Below, in pieces: positions 38,301 through 48,835 of a stretch of 64,000 bases of DNA. Under the pieces are notes generated by a model. The model did no database searches, was not told where the DNA came from, and was given only the letters and a program-made list of their open reading frames with translations. Source of the DNA: Balanoglossus misakiensis (lineage: Eukaryota > Animalia > Hemichordata). The translations under genes were made by a program, and so were the position numbers. Within the stretch, counting starts at the first letter, position 1, and each line of letters begins with the position of its first letter. The DNA lies in contig CM082596.2 in NCBI GenBank assembly GCA_040954595.2, positions 1,331,854 through 1,395,853 on the forward strand, given 5' to 3'.

Positions 38301-41300
38301 ACGTTACAAGGTGATGCGCTTACGTTATAAGGTGATGCGCATACGTTATAAGGTGATGCACATACGTTATAAGGTGATGCACATACGTTATAAGGTGATT
38401 TGCTTACGTTATAAGGTGATGGGCATACGTCGTTATATGGTGTGGTTACGTTATAAGGTGATGGCCATACGTCGTTATATGGTGTGGTTACGTTATAAGG
38501 TGATGGGCAAACGTTATAAGGTGATGCGCATACGTTATAAGGTGATGCGCTTACGTTATAAGGTGATGCACATACGTTATAAGGTGATGCGCATACGTTA
38601 TAAGGTGATGCACATACGTTATAAGGTGATGTGCTTACGTTATAAGGTGATGGGCATACGTCGTTATATGGTGTGGTTACGTTATAAGGTGATGGGCAAA
38701 CGTTATAAGGTGATGCGCATACGTTATAAGGTGATGCGCTTACGTTATAAGGTGATGCACATACGTTATAAGGTGATGCGCATACGTTATAAGGTGATGC
38801 ACATACGTTATAAGGTGATGTGCTTACGTTATAAGGTGATGGGCATACGTCGTTATATGGTGTGGTTACGTTATAAGGTAATGCTCTTATGTTATAAGGT
38901 GATGCGGACACTTTATAAGGTGATGTGGTTACGTTATTTGGTGATGGGCATACGTCGTTATATGGTGTGGTTACGTTATAAGGGGATGGGCATATGTCGT
39001 TATATGGTGTAGTTACGTTATAAGGTGATGGGCATACGTCCTTATATGGTGTGGTTACGTTATAAGGTGATGGGCATACGTCGTTATATGGTGTGGTTAC
39101 GTTATAAGGTGATGGGCATACGTCGTTATATGGTGTGGTTACGTTATAAGGTGATGGGCATACGTCGTTATATGGTGTGGTTACGTTATAAGGTGATGGG
39201 CATACGTCGTTATATGGCGTGGTTACATCGTTATTAGCTGTGGAAACGCAGCTGTTCCGCCTGGGGGATATGCTAATTACCCTGCCTCATCCTCATATCA
39301 TCCTCAGCTTCGTGACCTTAGGAAGATTAATAACAATCCGTCATCGGCGATTCGTTAAACTTTAAGATAATATTTAAATATTATCATTTCTTTCACTGAC
39401 TTGGATAAATGTAAATACGGATACGACTGGTTTTTAAATGCTTTATAGCAGCGAACAAGAAACTCACGAGTGAAAATTGCTTCAAGGTCAAAGGTTATTG
39501 CAAAAACATGTCAATAAAAAAATTATCGTGAATTTCGGATATTTGATGTGATCTAAAAAAGCGAAAGCAATATAGGTAAAGTATTTTCATGGGATAGTCT
39601 AAATAATTGATTGGATTTCTTATTTTGACTCTATTTGTTCTATTTGCCAATCGTTCTCGACTCGACTGTTTGGACATTTGCAATAAACTTTGACCTCGAA
39701 GCAATTTTCTCTCAGGAGTTTCTTATTGGCTGCTATAAAGCATTTAAAAACAGAAGTCGTATCCGTATTTACATTTATCCAAGTCAGTGAAAGAAATGAT
39801 AATATTTAAATATTATCTTTAAGTTTAACGAATCGCCGATGACGGATTGTTATTAATCTTCCTAAGGTCACGAAGCTGAGGATGATATGAGGATGAGCTG
39901 GCGAATATGAGGATGAGGGTAAGGCCAACATTACGACCATGTGTGCATGTGTTACTAAATGTTTGAACATCTGGGACACGCAGGGTAATTGGCATATCCC
40001 CCAGGCGGAACAGCTGCGTTTCCACAGCTAATAACGACGTAACCACACCATATAACGACGTATGCCCATCACCTTATAACGTAACCACACCATATAACGA
40101 CGTATGCCCATCACCTTATAACGTAACCCCACCACATAAAGACGTATGCCCATCACCTTATAACGTAACCACACCATATAACGACGTATGCCCATCACCT
40201 TATAACGTAACCACACCATATAACGACGTATGCCCATCACCTTATAACATAACCACACCATATAACGACGTATGCCCATCACCTTATAATGTAACCACAT
40301 CACCTTATAAAGTGTCCGCATCACCTTATAACATAAGAGCATTACCTTATAACGTAACCACACCATATAACGACGTATGCCCATCACCTTATAACGTAAC
40401 CACACCATATAACGACGTATGCCCATCACCTTATAACGTAACCACACCATATAACGACGTATGCCCATCACCTTATAACGTAACCACACCATATAACGAC
40501 GTATGCCCATCACCTTATAATGTAACCACACCATATAACGACGTATGCCCATCACCTTATAACGTATGTGCATCACCTTATAACGTATGTGCATCACCTT
40601 ATAACGTATGCCCATCACCTTATAACGTATGTGCATCACCTTATAACGTATGCCCATCACCTTATAAGGTATGCACATCATTATATAAAGAATCCCCATG
40701 TCAACGTAATTTTATGTCACTTAAGACAGCCACGGCTTTCCATAGATATCTATGGCACGAGTGTACCATCGCATCCAGCGGTTATCTCCAAGCTGCGCGG
40801 TGGTAAATCAAGACGCAATCCAATATGCAAGTGTGTGTTTCGTGTTTCGTCTGTGCTCTGTAGAAACTTGGCTGTAAATCAAGCCATGGTTTAGGAAGGA
40901 AGCCTCTTATTGGTTTGTTGAAACCTCATAAAGAGTGACACACTGACCCACCAATTGGAGATGTGGTCAGTTTGGACATTATCGCAATGTCAACAAAATT
41001 AAGAAGTCATGCTCAAGGTTATTATATGTGTGTCAACTTTCTTGAGGGACTGAAAATGTAGACTTGAAATATTTTAGGGCAAGTGGATGATCATGCAAGG
41101 TGTGTACAAATGAAATAGCTTTTATCTTAAAGGTTCACTGGCTGTAGCTTGTGGCCATTTTTCAATGTTTATGCATTATGCAACTTATTCTTTGAATCTA
41201 TAAAATATTAGCCAAGTTTGCCATTCCGTGCATGATGGTCACTTGAATGTCTGAATTTGCCTTCATGTACAATGTAGGATATAAATCACTTTTATTGAAC

Positions 41301-44300
41301 AAAGAAACAGTTGGGAGACAACTTGAGTCAGCAGTGCATCTATGGTTTCAAACACATGATTTATCCATGTGATACACATTAGAAAACAAACACAACACGA
41401 AAATTTCGACAACCCTGTGAGATTTATGTCAAAACACAAAACATGGCCATAATTACTTCATCACAGAAATGCCCTGATCACAATGGGAGGCTCGACGTTG
41501 TTGGAAAACCCTGGGAACATTTGCAAGGCATCAGAAACCTCAATGGTAAAGTGTTGACACAAAGCCTTGTGGAGGTTGACCTCAATGTCTGGACACCGCT
41601 GTACATTGCATGTGATCTTTGAAAATATTTCAGCGGAGAGGACCCGTGTGAAATGGAAAGCTGATGTTCGCAGAGGTATCAACTTGGAGGGTCAAATTGT
41701 TTGGAACGTACTGCATACTGTGTTCAGTATGGCTCACATGAACAATCCGTTGAGTCATACGGCAGGGAAACAGTCGAGCAGTTCGCTGGCATTGGAGAGA
41801 TGTTGTGTCACACTGTCCGAGACAAATCAAATCCAAAAGATTCAAGTACAACTTCATCGATAAATCACAAAGCCAACCATCAATTACAAAACTAAAGAGA
41901 CAAGTCAGGAGAATTATGACAGAGGTTGACAAAGCCAGCAGAAATATGAGATTCCAAGAGTTGTGATTCACAATTAAGCGACACATAAGATGAAAGCGGT
42001 CTTCCACTCTCATTAACAAGATCCAAGAACTTCTCAATGCTCTCGCCGGGTACAGCACATGAAATATGCATCACAGATTGCAAATATCAAAACACTGGTA
42101 CTACACCAATTCTACTGCACTTGCATTTTGTGCCCAGATCCCAAATCATGCTGAAAAAACAGACGGTCAGGAAAACTTACAACTGAAGGTGTCGTCCGAA
42201 TGAGAGTACAGCAGGAATGATATGGTCTGTTTCTGTCTGTATATGTTGTTGTGGCTTTACACGTCTTGTGTTTACATGAGAGAATTCTGGGTTCCATGGT
42301 ACTGTCTACATGCTGGTATGTTGGAGTTCATGCACCTTGAGTGACCACATGCATGAAGATTAGCCAGGACAGCAACCAACACTAAATTCATTGTTTTTTA
42401 GATAGCACATAACCCAGACAAATTTTTGTCCAGAAAAAATAAAAGCCTCAAAATCACTCCTTCAACAAACTATGAAGACACACACAGATCCAACAATCTT
42501 CAATCAACATCTAAGATGTTTTCTATCAACTTTGAATCGATTCTCAGTGTTCTGTATCAAAAGTTGAGTTTGATAAGCCATGGTATATACCATACTTACT
42601 TGTGTCAGTTTCTACGGTAACAGCAGACTCCAAATATCCCCAGGCTAGTGTTTCAAGGCAGACTGCACACTAAAGCCAACCGCGGACATCACTAACCAGT
42701 CTCCAACCGTGACTAGGTTTCATTGACTCTCTGGCCAAATTGAGAACACTATCAAATTTGTTTTCTCAGATACTTTAGAACAACGTAAAATAAATAATTG
42801 CCCCCAGAAATATCAGGTAGTCCCCTCCCCCCATCAAAAATGATCCAAGCCAGGAGAGAACTTTCAGTTATAAAACATCACTGAGCTCTTATCAAAAATT
42901 ACATTAAGATAAGGTAGTAGTGTTATATCATCTTGATCACATCAAACTTTGAGAGATGGTGTAATATTTCTGATATACATGATGTGTTTCATCATGTTTT
43001 GTATCAGTTCAGATCATTAAACTTTTTATCTTCCTGTTTATTTGTGCTTTAAATGAGACCGACCTTAACTTCTTCAAAGGGGGTGAGGATTTGGCAACAA
43101 TTGGATTTGCCGATTTTCCTTCAAGCACGCACTGTCTAACAGAGGAGCAATTGCTACCAATGTTAATGAGCTGTCATTTTCATTATAAGGGACAAATATT
43201 AAAATTTTATGAATATACGATAAAACACTTCTCAAGCAAAGGATGCAACAGTAATGAAACAGAATGTTTTCCCACAGATATCACTGCATTAACTGAAACG
43301 TGAATTAAAGTTTATGTTTATTAGAATTTCCGTTTTGAAAGGTTACGCTTTTAATCCATTGGTAGTAATACCTTCATGGTGTGAAACCAATTTTTGGAAT
43401 TCACTGAATGGATCGTTCCTATACCTAGCCTTGACACCCCTATCATGTCTCCAATGTAGTAGTCCAACTACACTGTTCTCAATGCTGAGACTAGAAATGA
43501 GTGCATGTGTGACAGTGTGTGTGTGTGTTTAAATTTCAATCAAAGTACACTGCACAGTTGAGTCGTACAACATAGTGTGTCATGCCATTAAGATGACAAT
43601 TAAAGTTAACGACTGAGATATTTCTGTCCGGTTGTCCTTGGCGAGTTGAGACAACGGACACCGAGGAAGACGTGATTGTTTCAGGTCGGTCGGAAAAGTG
43701 AAAACTGATTGGAAACATCGCCACAAAATATGACTACCACACGTTGATGAGATTTGGACTCAAATTCCTCGCACAGTTTACACACACATGTCAACCAAGC
43801 TTCTTCTGATAATAGCGGCCTTGGTTTTATTAAAACAAAATGGTTCTGGTGACCCAAATCACAGCTTTGAAGAGTTGCATTACAAAGCAAGATAAACATC
43901 ATAAAGTTCTCCGACTGCGTCCTCAGTTTTGAGGACAAAGGAATGGTCCAATTTCAACTCCATGTCCAAATAGCAGCAAACCCTGGATACAATAAATTTA
44001 TTTTCTATTCATCACTTGTGTATTTTCTCTTCAGAATACCATAAACATTATAGTCAAACAAAGTTAAACTTCACAAACACTATCCACTTTTCAGTGACAC
44101 AATTTTCCATTGCCGGGTAATCATAGTGCATGAACTGGCTTTTTGATCAACCTTGAACTGACCTACACTCTCTGAGATGGCTTTAAAGACCAGTGCCAGT
44201 CTGGTGCTAACCCAGTGCTAACTCAGGGCCAACTCACTGCTCAGTGCTGGCCAATCCAGTTCTGGCCTCATATTTCAACTTAACATGTCAACTCCTCTGG

Positions 44301-47300
44301 TTGAAAATGATTGTTGAGCTGGTTCAAACTTGACTTACATACCAAGATCCATCAGAAGATGACCATTTGAGTAATAAACTTATCCAGACTATTACAAGAT
44401 GGCCAGCTTTAAAAGACCACTACAGGTCAATCGAGCCAATTGTCTACCCAAATCCATTCTATTTCCACTCAAACATGATCACCTCTACATGATGAAATGC
44501 ATTTCATACATTCAATTGTTAAAATGACAGCATATCAGATAGTGTCCACACAAGTGCCAACCTGTTTGCACATTGCTTTTGTAAAGAAAGTGACCGAGAA
44601 CTTTGCAAGACCACTACCGGTCACTTGAGCCAACACTCTACCAACGTCACTCCAACAAGTTCATGTCTTTTCAGCAAAGACATTCAATGGTAACAATGGA
44701 AGCATATCAGGCAATGTCCATACAAGGGACAATAGTGGTTTCCGTACTTCCACGGCCAAAAAATCTTTAATTACCCTCACTTCACATGACATGAATGGAG
44801 CGCTTGATTCCAGACGAGTAACTTAGGAGGCCACAGTGGTTGAATTACGGAAAATTGGACGAGAGAGGCACCAGCTTTTGTGACAATGACAGTAGTGATG
44901 ATCTGAAATGTAGCCCTCGTCAATACAGTACTATCTTAAAGTATAATGGACTATACTTGGTTGTAAAGAACAACTGAAGCCTGTCACTGCTCTTCAAACA
45001 AAGATCTTCCGGCAAACCAGTCAAAAACTATCCCTTTCCCAAATATTATACTTTCTAGCACCATATGCCATGTATGTCTGCTTATACAGGTGACAACATG
45101 ATGAATATTTCAAAGGTGAAGTTCCATCATATGGAATGAAACTTTTTTTTCACGGTTCATTTTGTGTAGAAAAGACCTGCGCAACACGTGTCAGTTTGAA
45201 CCCGTGGCATTTTCACTGAAAATCAGATATTCAACTGACTTGACCCGGACTAACCTCTTTACTTTTTCACCAATTTATCAAACCCTTGTTAAGATATATT
45301 TGCAATTTTTGTTCAAAGTTTATCTCTCAGTAACATGACCACTGACAATCCCCAATCCCTTGCACGTTACTTACAAAATTGATCTGACTGCAGTCGATAT
45401 AGTCAGAAGAACTTGTCAGCTATAGTCTTTTCATTTTTTGTCGGACTTCATAATGCAAGTATAGGTTTTAATACAGTGATGCTTTTTTCTTCCTCGTCAG
45501 TTGGAAGGGGGTGCAATGATAGCTTATCTCTCAGAGTGTGACCTATGACTTGCGGGGGAGGTGAAGTATTTGACCATGAAATATTGAAAGACGTCTCCCA
45601 TTCGCGATTTACAAAGCATGTGCATACACAAATATTCTTTCAGAATGCACCTTTTGACAGCTAAGATCAGCACATTTAGTTAAGAGCCCACACTACAGTC
45701 TCTGAATACCAAAGACGTTTAGTTTTCTAAGAAGAAAAGTTGGAATCTGAATTCTGGAAATGGCCAGCATTCCTGATGTTGTATTACATCACAGTGTTCA
45801 GTAAAGTTTGATGGTTTCAGGGTCAGTCATCCACATAGTCATGTTGTCCAGTTATGTTCCTAAAAATTCCAGAAAAGTTCACTTTTGTGACCCTCACATT
45901 TGATTCTTTCACAACCTCTGCGGGAACCACCAAGCCAGCATTGCACAATCATGTTCTACTTTTGTGCAATGCAAGACTGGATTGGCTGTTGCTTTTGATA
46001 TAAAATGGCCAGCATGTTTGATGTCACCATAACATCAGTACTCAAGACTCTGCTACATATCTCCTGACAACTCAGTCACTTATACACGTTTACAGACAAC
46101 AGATCACTTGTTCAGACAACTCGATCTCTGACACCTGCATTTTTTCACTGACCAGGGAACTTCAAGCCATATTTTACTCTGTCACAACATGCACTAAACT
46201 GGTTAATGTTTTATCATAAATTGTAAGGAAGATTCAAAGTTTCAGAGTGCACCAGTGAAGCTAAATTGCACCCTTGTTGAACCCTTGTACAGTTTATCAA
46301 GTGATGTCACATTCCGACAGAATTCAGTAACTAAGGCAAGATGGCCGTTCTCTGGAAATGGCTGTACAGCATGTTCTCGATACAACTTCTTGAAGCCATG
46401 ATGGTGAAACGGTTACATTTACCGAGGACCTCTCGAACCAAAAATTGTATAATTTTAAGACCTACCTTGACCATTGCTGGCTACTGATCGTTGCTCAGCC
46501 ATGAATGGCCAAAGACATAAAGACAAGACAAACTGAGTGAATTTTTGACAAAGTACCTTGAATGTCCCTTATTCATGAACTCTGAATAAGAAAAACACCA
46601 TCTGTATTCATGTACCATTGAAATCATTCCTGTTTTTTGTCTGAACTAGAGTCTGTCTGATTGTCATCCACAACAGCATTTTTTTTATCTTTCTTCTTTC
46701 ATAACAATAGTCCATTTCATTGTCACAGGTAATCCAAATAGGTCAAAAGTTTACAAAAGCATCAGGGCCATTTTTCTGTCGCTATACATTTTGGAGATGA
46801 TCATCCTTGAACACTTCACCTTATCTGTTCCCCTGTCAATCTTTGGCACATCCCAGAATGCATTGCAGTGAAAAGAGCTTTTTTCAGGTGAAAAGTGCAT
46901 ACATTCAAAGTATATCAAAGTGTATGAACTTTTTGGCAGTTGTCCAGGCATGGGTTTGTGTTGTTCAGTTTTATGTTATTTGGTCGTTTCATGACCAAAA
47001 AAGAAGTAAACTTCAAAATTCACTGAATACCAAACATAAACCTGGTAGGAAGTAAAACAAAAAAGTCCCAAGGACCTGAAATATTCCACTTTTATTTGCA
47101 AGACCCCTGGACTGTACTCAACCTGACAGGTGTTTGCCTGAGATTTCCAAGAACACAAACTCCCAATAAGAAGAACATCAAACAATCCATTTTCTGATTA
47201 AAACCCACTCATGCTCAAAATGATGTTACTGGCTTGAATGAGTGATGACAATACCACATTAAGAACCATTTTATAAAATAAAAGCCAACCGCCTTTTAGC

Positions 47301-48746
47301 TGCAAAAACAACTTATCTTGGATAACAGTGTGGAAAATTATGCAATTTCCAAATCTACAGCAAGCATTAGTTCAACGAAGGTCATAATGAGCAGAGGGTT
47401 GGTAGGAAGGAAGAAAGGGGTTGATATCGGCCGAATATTGACTTCCACTGAACACACCTGTGATGGTTTCACCTCCATCAATGTTTGTCGATCAATGAAT
47501 TATGACATCACTATACTGCTCCTTATTCCTGTCTTTTGTCAACGGTCACCGATATGTTTACTCAAACACTTCAATTTCTGGATGGTATTATTTCCTGCTT
47601 TGACAAAAGAAATTCTGCTGATAATAGACATTCTTTTGAAGATCTCTGACATTTTCATATCAGATATTATCTTGACATTGTTTGTGACAGGATCACTCAA
47701 GGCTACGGAAATCTCAGATGAGGTTTGTTGACTTCCAAAGGACAGCCACACTGAAACTGCCACATCAGATGAAAGGATCACACAAAAAATATCCAAACTA
47801 AAACCTAAATATTAGAAATTTTGCTCCAGGCGTTTAAGTGACAAGCTGGTTATTGAAGATAGCACAAAGCTCTCAATTAAATTTGCCAGAATTTCTATTT
47901 TAGTATTACTACATGTCTCTGAGAGAGTGTGGGAAAATTTAATATTTGAAATGAGTTCATGGTACGCCAATGAGACTAGGATGCAGACATTGTTTTACTG
48001 CGGGATGGAAATTACCAGATATTTCCTGAACAGATCAGTAAGTATGATATTTCGGCTCGAGTTACACTGCAAAGGGAATACAGACTTGTGGCAAAGTGTA
48101 GATTGCATCACTTTGTGTCGGGTCTGTTGGGACGAAGGGTTGTGGTAGTGGGCGCTGTATTGGGATGGGATGGAATATGCTATTTGGGCTAAGAGGTACA
48201 TATTGGAAGCATTGATAGGACTGCTATGGGTTGGAAAGGTGTGTGCGGTTGGGTTGACACATGACTGGGTCTGTGTGGGTATCAAGTGGGTAGACATGCA
48301 AGACACAAACACAGGAAAGTGGGTATACCCACTGGGTATCCTTTACCCCAAAAGATGCAAGGCTTAACACCCTTTCTTATGTTTGGTTTTGCATGTTTAC
48401 CCACTGGATACCCGAACAGACCCACTCATGTGCTACCGTTGTGTGTGAGTGCGGCATGCATGCAACTTAGAGGACAGCAACAGACGCCTGCGATGGGATG
48501 AACTTGTATCAAGTTCTCCCCATGTAGGGTTATTACTTGTCTCGCCTGCAAGACCCCAGAGCTTCTATTGGCTTTTGATGGTGCCTGCCACAGAAAGTAA
48601 GGTGTGAAGCTTGACTGGCGAGGAATGAATCTCCAGGCTTCATAGCTTCATTCTTCAGTGACAGTGGTGCCATTGAAATCCACAAGAAGCTCCAAGGGTC
48701 CAGCAAGCGAGCAAGAATAGAAATAAAGGCACAGGTACTTACCCAT
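28907..48746 (-). CDS. MAP3K3: Mitogen-activated protein kinase kinase kinase 2/3 (MEKK2/MEKK3-like), PB1 plus STE11-type kinase, about 637 aa
   Basis: Exons 48743-48746 (ATGG), 37521-37618, 37018-37058, 34525-34630, 33007-33183, 31998-32225, 31708-31778, 31411-31553, 30787-31011, 30493-30641, 30211-30336, 29838-29967, 29406-29580 and 28907-29147 give 1914 nt in one frame. Family motifs: [104 protein letters not shown]. Probably equally related to vertebrate MAP3K2 and MAP3K3; the first exon is less certain. Confidence 0.95.
29264..29346. repeat. Intronic (CAT)n(CAC)n(CAT)n microsatellite
   Basis: Visible; source of the spurious poly-D/poly-G ORF. Confidence 0.9.
29406..29580 (-). CDS. MAP3K2/3 exon with DFG and activation loop
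   Basis: [57 protein letters not shown]; cag/gtgag. Confidence 0.95.
29838..29967 (-). CDS. MAP3K2/3 exon [11 protein letters not shown]...HRDIK
   Basis: 130 nt, cag/gtgagt. Confidence 0.95.
30211..30336 (-). CDS. MAP3K2/3 exon [25 protein letters not shown]...MELMPG
   Basis: 126 nt, tag/gtaagt. Confidence 0.95.
30493..30641 (-). CDS. MAP3K2/3 exon with glycine-rich loop and AVK lysine
   Basis: 149 nt, cag/gtatgg. Confidence 0.95.
30787..31011 (-). CDS. MAP3K2/3 exon GRRTFPT...ENAK
   Basis: 225 nt, phase 1-1, conserved GRRTFP. Confidence 0.9.
31052..31250. repeat. Compound tetranucleotide microsatellite (GATT, CCTA, CCTG, GACT, GGTT, GGTA blocks)
   Basis: Visible. Confidence 0.9.
31271..31335 (+). 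mobile_element. 5'-truncated copy of the 93-bp MITE
   Basis: GACCAAACCAAAGTGGTGAAAGGGTTTA right end. Confidence 0.55.
31411..31553 (-). CDS. MAP3K2/3 exon containing KGGTYPKRH
   Basis: 143 nt, tag/gtaagt. Confidence 0.9.
31708..31778 (-). CDS. MAP3K2/3 exon [23 protein letters not shown]
   Basis: 71 nt, cag/gtaagt; phases fit both neighbours. Confidence 0.85.
31998..32225 (-). CDS. MAP3K2/3 exon ISNNN...SPPPG...FIPEEDVD
   Basis: 228 nt, cag/gtaagt. Confidence 0.9.
32306..32398 (+). mobile_element. 93-bp piggyBac-like MITE (TTAA-CCCTTTCACC...GGTGAAAGGG-TTAA family)
   Basis: Terminal inverted repeats; same length and internal motif (GGACCAAACCATGGTGGTGAAA) as the copy at 34346 and similar to the copy at 50761. 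Confidence 0.7.
33007..33183 (-). CDS. MAP3K2/3 PB1 C-terminal exon [19 protein letters not shown]...
   Basis: 177 nt, cag/gtaagt. Confidence 0.9.
33995..34184. mobile_element. Possible 190-bp MITE with CTGGGTACCAG terminal inverted repeats
   Basis: 11-bp perfect inverted ends and a CpG-richer interior; no clear target-site duplication. Confidence 0.4.
34346..34438 (+). mobile_element. 93-bp piggyBac-like MITE, same family
   Basis: CCCTTTCACC...GGTGAAAGTG-TTAA. Confidence 0.7.
34525..34630 (-). CDS. MAP3K2/3 PB1 exon [21 protein letters not shown]...NNE
   Basis: 106 nt, cag/gtaaat. Confidence 0.9.
35166..35283. repeat. Local direct duplication, about 70-bp period
   Basis: TCCTTCAAATACTAAAC...ATGATTTACACCA twice. 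Confidence 0.7.
37018..37058 (-). CDS. MAP3K2/3 PB1 start exon [13 protein letters not shown]
   Basis: 41 nt, cag/gtaaaa. Confidence 0.9.
37521..37618 (-). CDS. MAP3K2/3 exon (A)[32 protein letters not shown]
   Basis: Strong acceptor ttcttgtctctcttcag and gtaagt donor; resembles the MEKK3 N-terminal helix (ALNSIMNDL); needs a phase-1 upstream exon. Confidence 0.85.
37836..39230 (+). repeat. 21-bp minisatellite (CATACGTTATAAGGTGATGNN) with 42-bp and 189-bp higher-order units; left arm of the foldback element
   Basis: Directly visible tandem array. Confidence 0.95.
40031..40680 (-). repeat. Inverted copy of the 21/42-bp minisatellite; right arm of the foldback element
   Basis: Reverse complement of the left-arm units. 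Confidence 0.95.
48258..48432. repeat. Inverted repeat, about 65-bp arms and 45-bp loop (MITE-like)
   Basis: CACATGACTGGGTCTGTGTGGGTATCAAGTGGGTAGACATGCAAG pairs with TTTGCATGTTTACCCACTGGATACCCGAACAGACCCACTCATGTG. Confidence 0.8.
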
Positions 48747-48835
48747 TATTGGTATGGAACTCAGCTGGACTTCTTTTGAATGATTACATCACAATGAATA
48801 CAAAGGCTAGGATACTACTACAAAAAATTCTATAT
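48743..48835 (-). CDS. Probable MAP3K2/3 start exon (mostly 5'UTR, ending ATG G)
   Basis: tttctgttctgttttattgcag acceptor; ends ATA ATG G|gtaagt with good Kozak context; phase 1 fits the exon at 37618. Confidence 0.6.

Larger units (their letters stand above)
37768..40744. mobile_element. Non-autonomous foldback-type DNA transposon, 2977 bp, with IS3EU-like termini
   Basis: Starts TATGGAAAGCCGTGG and ends CCACGGCTTTCCATA; GATATC on both sides (37762-37767, 40745-40750); inverted arms of about 1.7 and 1.07 kb around a roughly 170-bp spacer; no transposase. Confidence 0.85.

Noticed and set aside
37836-39230. CRISPR-like appearance of the regular repeat array
   Set aside because: The units are contiguous with no unique spacers, the context is eukaryotic, and there are no cas genes.
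37675-40894. Long ORFs of 397, 261, 223 and 164 aa (SPYNVCA, RYKVMxI and HHLITY repeats)
   Set aside because: They are by-products of a 21-bp (3n) minisatellite that is stop-free in several frames on both strands, inside a transposon arm.
41461-42297. Cluster of overlapping 60-140 aa ORFs (similar clusters at 47318-47796 and 59946-60274)
   Set aside because: No recognisable domain, consistent splice structure or transposase/RT motif.
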